From Bacteroidota bacterium (GTDB lineage Bacteria; Bacteroidota; Bacteroidia; AKYH767-A; OLB10): DNA of 64,000 bases. The number at the start of each line of letters is the position of its first letter. Position 1 is the first letter of the stretch. The stretch is taken from NCBI GenBank assembly GCA_029547265.1, contig JAKPPP010000195.1:795-64794 (forward strand). The letters are read 5' to 3'. The position numbers and the translations under genes are program-made. The notes below the pieces were generated by a model. That model was given only the letters and a program-made list of their open reading frames with translations, searched no databases and had not been told where the DNA came from. This document shows positions 59,367-64,000 of the stretch, in pieces.

Positions 59367-61304
59367 ATGAATATTAAAATTACCCTGCCTGACAATTCCA
59401 TGCGCGAATACCCGAAAGGAAGTTCTGCGATGGAAATAGCAAAGTCGATCAGTGAGGGACTAGCCCGTAATGTACTCGCTGCAAAAGTGAATGGCGAAGT
59501 CCGTGATTTAAACCGCCCGATAGAAGAAGACTCTTCGCTTCAACTATTGACGTGGACCGATGCGGAAGGAAAAAGTACGATGTGGCACTCCTCTGCTCAC
59601 TTGATGGCAGAAGCACTAGAATTCTATTATCCGGGAATTAAATTCTGGGTAGGACCTCCGATACAGAACGGGTTCTATTATGATGTTGACTTTGGGGGAC
59701 AAGCATTCTCTGCCGACGATCTGAAAAAGATTGAAGACAAGATGGCTGAACTGGCGAAGCAAAGCAATGCATTTGTGAGAAAAGAAATCAGCAAAGGCGA
59801 TGCAGTGAACTACTTCACCGAGAGAGGCGACCAATACAAACTCGACTTATTAAGCAACCTTGAAGACGGAGGCATTACGCTTTACACACAAGGAAACTTC
59901 ACCGACTTATGTCGCGGACCACATATTCCGCACACCGGATATATCAAAGCCATCAAACTTACGAACGTAGCGGGAGCTTACTGGAAAAACGACAGTAACA
60001 ACCCTATGTTAACCCGTATTTACGGAATAACCTTCCCTAAAAAATCGGAGTTAGATGAGTATTTAACCATGTTAGAAGAAGCCAAGAAACGTGATCACCG
60101 CAAGATTGGTAAGGACATGGAAATTTTCACATTTGATGATGATGTAGGTCCGGGATTGCCTTTATGGTTACCGAACGGCGGAGTCATGATTGAAGAATTA
60201 GAACGATTAGCTAAGAAAACCGAGCAACGAGCAGGATATAGTCGAGTGCGTACTCCGCATTTGGCGAAAGAAAGCATGTACAAGACATCGGGACACCTTC
60301 CGTACTACGAAGACAGTATGTTTCCGCCGATGGAATGTGACGGAGAGAAGTACTATCTCAAAGCGATGAACTGTCCGCATCACCATAAAATCTTCAAAGA
60401 ACTTAATCCAAGTTACAGAGACCTCCCTATCCGCCTTGCGGAATACGGAACATGTTACCGATACGAGCAAAGTGGGGAATTATTCGGGTTGATGCGCGTA
60501 CGTGCATTGCAGATGAATGATGCGCATATTTACTGTACCAAAGATCAGTTCGCCGAAGAGTTTAATGCGGTTAACGAAATGTATCTCAAGTACTTCCGTG
60601 TATTCGGAATTGAAAAATACGTAATGCGCTTCTCTACGCATGCTCCTGAGAAATTAGGTAAGAAGTATGTCGACAATCCTGAATTGTGGAAACAAACAGA
60701 AGACATGGTGCGTCAAGTATTGATTGACAGCAACATACCATATATCGAAGTACCTGATGAAGGTGCATTTTACGGTCCGAAGATCGACGTACAAGTTTGG
60801 AGTGCTATCGGACGTGAGTTTACTTTGGCGACCAACCAAGTTGACTTTGCGGTACCGGCGCGTTTCGGATTAACCTTCCGCAACTCGAACAACGAGATGG
60901 AAACGCCGATTTGTATTCACCGAGCACCATTGGGAACACATGAGCGCTTCATCGGATTCTTGCTTGAGCATTATGCCGGTAATTTCCCGATATGGCTTGC
61001 GCCTCAGCAAGTTTCGATCCTTCCAATCTCAGAGAAATTCAACGGATACGCAAAAAAAGTTTTACAATTGCTCAGAAATTCCGATATTCGCGGCCTCGTT
61101 GACGACCGTGATGAGAAAATCGGGAAGAAAATTCGCGATGCTGAAATCAAAAAAGTCCCTTATATGTTAATTATCGGGGAAAAAGAAGAAGCAGAAAATG
61201 CAGTTTCGGTACGTCAACATGGCAAAGGAGATCAAGGTAGTTTACCAATTCAAGAGTTTATCGATCGTGTATCGAAAGAGATTCAAGAGCTGCTAGACGC
61301 CTAA
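59367..61304 (+). CDS. thrS: Threonine--tRNA ligase
   Basis: TGS domain, HSSAHLMA, DLCRGPH, RDHRKIG, MNCP, RYEQSG.L.GLMRVR, AFYGPKID, IHRA..G..ERF; TATATTTG at 59340-59347 supports ATG 59367. Confidence 0.98.
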   Translation: MNIKITLPDNSMREYPKGSSAMEIAKSISEGLARNVLAAKVNGEVRDLNRPIEEDSSLQLLTWTDAEGKSTMWHSSAHLMAEALEFYYPGIKFWVGPPIQNGFYYDVDFGGQAFSADDLKKIEDKMAELAKQSNAFVRKEISKGDAVNYFTERGDQYKLDLLSNLEDGGITLYTQGNFTDLCRGPHIPHTGYIKAIKLTNVAGAYWKNDSNNPMLTRIYGITFPKKSELDEYLTMLEEAKKRDHRKIGKDMEIFTFDDDVGPGLPLWLPNGGVMIEELERLAKKTEQRAGYSRVRTPHLAKESMYKTSGHLPYYEDSMFPPMECDGEKYYLKAMNCPHHHKIFKELNPSYRDLPIRLAEYGTCYRYEQSGELFGLMRVRALQMNDAHIYCTKDQFAEEFNAVNEMYLKYFRVFGIEKYVMRFSTHAPEKLGKKYVDNPELWKQTEDMVRQVLIDSNIPYIEVPDEGAFYGPKIDVQVWSAIGREFTLATNQVDFAVPARFGLTFRNSNNEMETPICIHRAPLGTHERFIGFLLEHYAGNFPIWLAPQQVSILPISEKFNGYAKKVLQLLRNSDIRGLVDDRDEKIGKKIRDAEIKKVPYMLIIGEKEEAENAVSVRQHGKGDQGSLPIQEFIDRVSKEIQELLDA

Positions 61305-61337
61305 TAATAAGTAGTTTAACACTAAAACAGTAGCACC

Positions 61338-61949
61338 ATAGCAACTTCATCAAACCGTCCTTTTGGAGGAAACAGAGGCCGCGGTCCTGTTAAAAAGGAA
61401 GCGGAACACAGAATCAACGACAAGATTCGCGCAACCCACGTTCGCTTAGTAGGCGAAGGCGGAGAGCCGTCAGTAGTATCTATCGAAGAAGCCTTAAAAC
61501 TTGCTTCCGATAAGGGACTCGACCTTGTTGAGATAGCTGCTCAAGCTGACCCTCCCGTATGTAAAATCGTAGATTATCAAAAATTCCTCTACGAACGGAA
61601 GAAGAAAGAAAAAGAAACGAAGGCAAAGGCTGCCAAGCAAGTACTTAAAGAAGTACGCTTTGGTCCGAATACCGACGAACACGATTTCAACTTCAAAGTG
61701 AAGCATGCCATCAAATTCCTTGAAGAAGGAGCAAAAGTGAAAGCATATGTGCATTTCCGCGGAAGAGCCATCGCTTACAAAGAAAAAGGAGAAATCATCC
61801 TTCTGAAATTTGCTCAAGAATTACAGGAATACGGAAAAGTAGAAATGCTACCGAAGTTAGAAGGAAACAGGATGTTTATCCACCTGGCACCACTTCCAAA
61901 TCTGAAAAAGCCTGCTAAACCGGCTAAGAAAGAAGAGGAAACAGAATAA
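61338..61949 (+). CDS. infC: Translation initiation factor IF-3 (ATA start codon)
   Basis: Frame is open from a stop at 61323-25; ATA 61338 reads (M)ATSSNRPFGG..HRINDKIR..VRLV..LDLVEI..PPVCKIVDYQKF and is in frame with the 61698 ORF; lies between thrS and rpmI. Confidence 0.93.
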   Translation: MATSSNRPFGGNRGRGPVKKEAEHRINDKIRATHVRLVGEGGEPSVVSIEEALKLASDKGLDLVEIAAQADPPVCKIVDYQKFLYERKKKEKETKAKAAKQVLKEVRFGPNTDEHDFNFKVKHAIKFLEEGAKVKAYVHFRGRAIAYKEKGEIILLKFAQELQEYGKVEMLPKLEGNRMFIHLAPLPNLKKPAKPAKKEEETE

Positions 61950-61979
61950 GAAAAACGAAGTCAATAATATATCACTACA

Positions 61980-62177
61980 ATGCCGAAAATGAAAACTAAT
62001 TCCAGTGCTAAGAAGCGTTTCAAGCTTACAGGCACAGGAAAGATCAAACGTAAGCACGCGTACAAACGCCACATCCTAACGAAGAAGGACACTGACCGTA
62101 AACGTCACTTAACTGCTTCAGGATTGGTACACGAATCTGATGAGTTTCGCGTAAAACGCATGTTAGGAGTTGCTTAA
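61980..62177 (+). CDS. rpmI: 50S ribosomal protein L35
   Basis: [30 protein letters not shown]. Confidence 0.98.
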   Translation: MPKMKTNSSAKKRFKLTGTGKIKRKHAYKRHILTKKDTDRKRHLTASGLVHESDEFRVKRMLGVA

Positions 62178-62289
62178 TTGCACCCTTTCATGAGATCTAA
62201 AAAAAACAAAACAAAAATTATTTATTAACCCGGTCATTAGCAGCTAAGTTCCTCGTGAAAAAGGACGCTAACACCAAAAACTAAACACT

Positions 62290-62634
62290 ATGCCACGTTC
62301 AGTCAATCATGTGGCCTCAAAGGCAAAACGCAAGAAGGTTTTAAAACTTGCCAAGGGTAATTGGGGATCACGTAAAAATGTATGGACGGTTGCCAAAAAC
62401 ACCGTCGAAAAAGGTTTACAATACGCATACCGCGATCGTAAAAACAAAAAACGCAGCTTCCGCGCATTATGGATTCAGCGTATTAATGCAGCAGCTCGTG
62501 AACACGGGATGTCTTATTCTCAGTTCATGGGAGCTATCCATAAAAGCAATGTAGATATCAACCGTAAGGTACTTGCTGATTTAGCGATGAACAATCCTGA
62601 AGCTTTCGAAGCAATCCTTAACTCAGTAAAATAA
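62290..62634 (+). CDS. rplT: 50S ribosomal protein L20
   Basis: [36 protein letters not shown]. Confidence 0.98.
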   Translation: MPRSVNHVASKAKRKKVLKLAKGNWGSRKNVWTVAKNTVEKGLQYAYRDRKNKKRSFRALWIQRINAAAREHGMSYSQFMGAIHKSNVDINRKVLADLAMNNPEAFEAILNSVK

Positions 62635-62651
62635 TTCACTTAGACTTCGTT

Positions 62652-62684
62652 AAAAAAAATCCTCCGCATGGAGGATTTTTTTTT
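62652..62684 (+). terminator. Intrinsic terminator after rplT
   Basis: AAAAAAAATCCTCC / GGAGGATTTTTTTTT. Confidence 0.9.
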
Positions 62685-62707
62685 GGGGATAATGCGAGCT
62701 TCGCTCT

Positions 62708-62747
62708 ATTAGCACTTTAGCAAATCAGCACATTAGCACATTAGTAG
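62708..62747. repeat. Degenerate octamer tandem array (ATTAGCAC)x5
   Basis: ATTAGCAC TTTAGCAA ATCAGCAC ATTAGCAC ATTAGTAG, directly before TATCTTTG. Confidence 0.75.
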
Positions 62748-62770
62748 TATCTTTGCCAAAACCTTTTACA

Positions 62771-62989
62771 TTGAAAAAACAATCCCATTCGTTTGCTCTT
62801 ACTGAGGAGTATATTGAGCTAATTAAACTCTTAAAACTTTTAGGTATTGCCGATACCGGCAGTGATGCGAAACAGTTGGTAGACGACGGCGAAGTGAAAT
62901 TGAATGATGCCGTTGAGTATCGCAAACGCGCTAAGTTGCGTAAGGGCGATAAGGTGCTGGTGAAGAATAACGAGATTACGATTGTTTAA
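62771..62989 (+). CDS. RNA-binding S4 domain protein (YbcJ/YaaA-like)
   Basis: EYIELIKLLK..G....GS.AK....GEV..N..VE.RKRAKL; TATCTTTG at 62748-62755 overlaps the track's TTG, so TTG 62771 is preferred. Confidence 0.88.
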   Translation: MKKQSHSFALTEEYIELIKLLKLLGIADTGSDAKQLVDDGEVKLNDAVEYRKRAKLRKGDKVLVKNNEITIV

Positions 62990-62998
62990 TTTTTTTTG

Positions 62999-64000
62999 AT
63001 GATGTCGGATTTGATAAAATGGATTGCCCTCGAAACGGGCATCGAATTTCATCCTGTTCAAAAAACAATTGCGCTATTAAAAGAAGGCGCTACCATCCCT
63101 TTTATTGCTCGCTATCGTAAAGAGGCTACAGGTAGTCTCGATGAGGTCAAAATTTCTGAAATCAAGAAGCTGCTCTCGCTGTACGAAGATCTCGAGAAAC
63201 GCAAATTAACAGTGCTCGCCGCTATTGAGGAACAGGGTAAATTAACCGATGGCTTACGAAGCGCAATAGTTGCTTGTCGCACAGCCACCGAACTCGAAGA
63301 CCTCTACCTACCCTACAAGCAAAAGCGCAAGACTAAGGCTTCTATTGCCCGTGAAAACGGACTAGAACCGTTGGCGCTCTATATCCTTGAACAGCACAAC
63401 GGTCCTTTGAACGAGAAAGCTAAGTCGTTTGTGAAAAATAAAGTGACTTCTATCGACGAGGCTTTTGAAGGTGCTCGACATATCATTGCTGAAATGATTA
63501 ACGAAAACGCCGATGCGCGTAATGCAATAAGAAGTTTATTTCAGCGTGAAGGTGTCATTTCTTCTTCGGTTATTAAATCGAAAACCGAGGAAGCTGCAAA
63601 GTATAAAGATTATTTCAATAGTCGAGAGAAACTAGCTCGTTGTCCATCGCACCGCTTCTTAGCAATTATGCGTGGAGCTAACGAGGGATTTTTACGAATA
63701 GGCATCGCTCCCGATGATGAATCGAAGGCCATTCAAGTATTAGAACGCCGATTTGTGAAAGGTTATTCGCCAAGTTCCGAGCAAGTTCGGCTAGCCGTAA
63801 CCGATAGTTATAATCGCTTGCTTGCTCCTTCGATCGAAACCGAGTTTTTTAATAGCCAGAAAGAAAAAGCCGATAAAGAAGCGATTGCCGTTTTCTCTGA
63901 TAATTTAATGCAGTTGCTATTGGCAGCACCTCTCGGACAAAAGACGGTATTAGCTATTGATCCCGGTTATCGTTCGGGATGTAAATGTGTTTGTCTCGAT
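62999..64000 (+). CDS. tex: Tex family transcription accessory protein (runs off the window end; absent from the ORF track)
   Basis: Manual translation: MMSDLIKW..LL.EGATIPFIARYRKEATGSLDE..EDLYLPYKQKR..SHR.LA..RG..LAIDPGYRSGCK. Confidence 0.95.
   Translation, partial: MMSDLIKWIALETGIEFHPVQKTIALLKEGATIPFIARYRKEATGSLDEVKISEIKKLLSLYEDLEKRKLTVLAAIEEQGKLTDGLRSAIVACRTATELEDLYLPYKQKRKTKASIARENGLEPLALYILEQHNGPLNEKAKSFVKNKVTSIDEAFEGARHIIAEMINENADARNAIRSLFQREGVISSSVIKSKTEEAAKYKDYFNSREKLARCPSHRFLAIMRGANEGFLRIGIAPDDESKAIQVLERRFVKGYSPSSEQVRLAVTDSYNRLLAPSIETEFFNSQKEKADKEAIAVFSDNLMQLLLAAPLGQKTVLAIDPGYRSGCKCVCLD

Noticed and set aside
61698..61949. Truncated or pseudogenised infC
   Set aside because: The reading frame continues upstream without stops to an ATA start at 61338.
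353..63061. Numerous 60-130 aa ORFs in the track overlapping larger genes (e.g. 353-607, 10930-11259, 26845-27153, 51762-52160, 61494-61817)
   Set aside because: They are antisense or out-of-frame shadows of well-supported genes and have no recognisable motifs.

Overview
AT-rich chromosomal window from a Bacteroidota genome, judged from TAnnTTTG -7 promoters, T9SS C-terminal sorting domains and K-D/E-rich lipoprotein export signals. About 58 genes are present. Housekeeping genes include rnhB, an lpxD-like gene, typA, folK, a deoxynucleoside kinase, pgm/pmm, acyl-CoA carboxylase beta, thrS-infC-rpmI-rplT, an S4-domain gene and a truncated tex. There is also a wzx-wzz-ligase/polymerase trio, three peptidases (M13, M61, S9B), a LytS/LytTR pair, four T9SS cargo proteins, two OmpA-domain proteins and a TonB-dependent receptor. 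The most notable region is a divergent metal-handling locus at 37.1-45.4 kb. Its left arm is leader ORF-mbnP-mbnH-CxxC barrel, followed by a second, separately terminated mbnP. Its right arm is a porin-imelysin-di-haem oxidoreductase unit behind two Fur-box-like palindromes. Two unrelated small ORFs (30331-30843 and 41052-41423) share an N-terminal hydrophobic segment, a C-terminal PP motif and a hairpin 13 nt after the stop codon, and each precedes an outer-membrane uptake or metal operon. They are candidate ribosome-stalling sensor leaders. Other observations: infC starts at ATA and is truncated in the ORF track; a structured rpmI-rplT spacer; a duplicated GldN-like protein; a secreted esterase fold lacking its catalytic Ser; and short 4/7/8-mer tandem repeats. 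No rRNA, tRNA, CRISPR array, prophage or transposase was recognised. All family calls come from reading motifs by eye; no database search was run.
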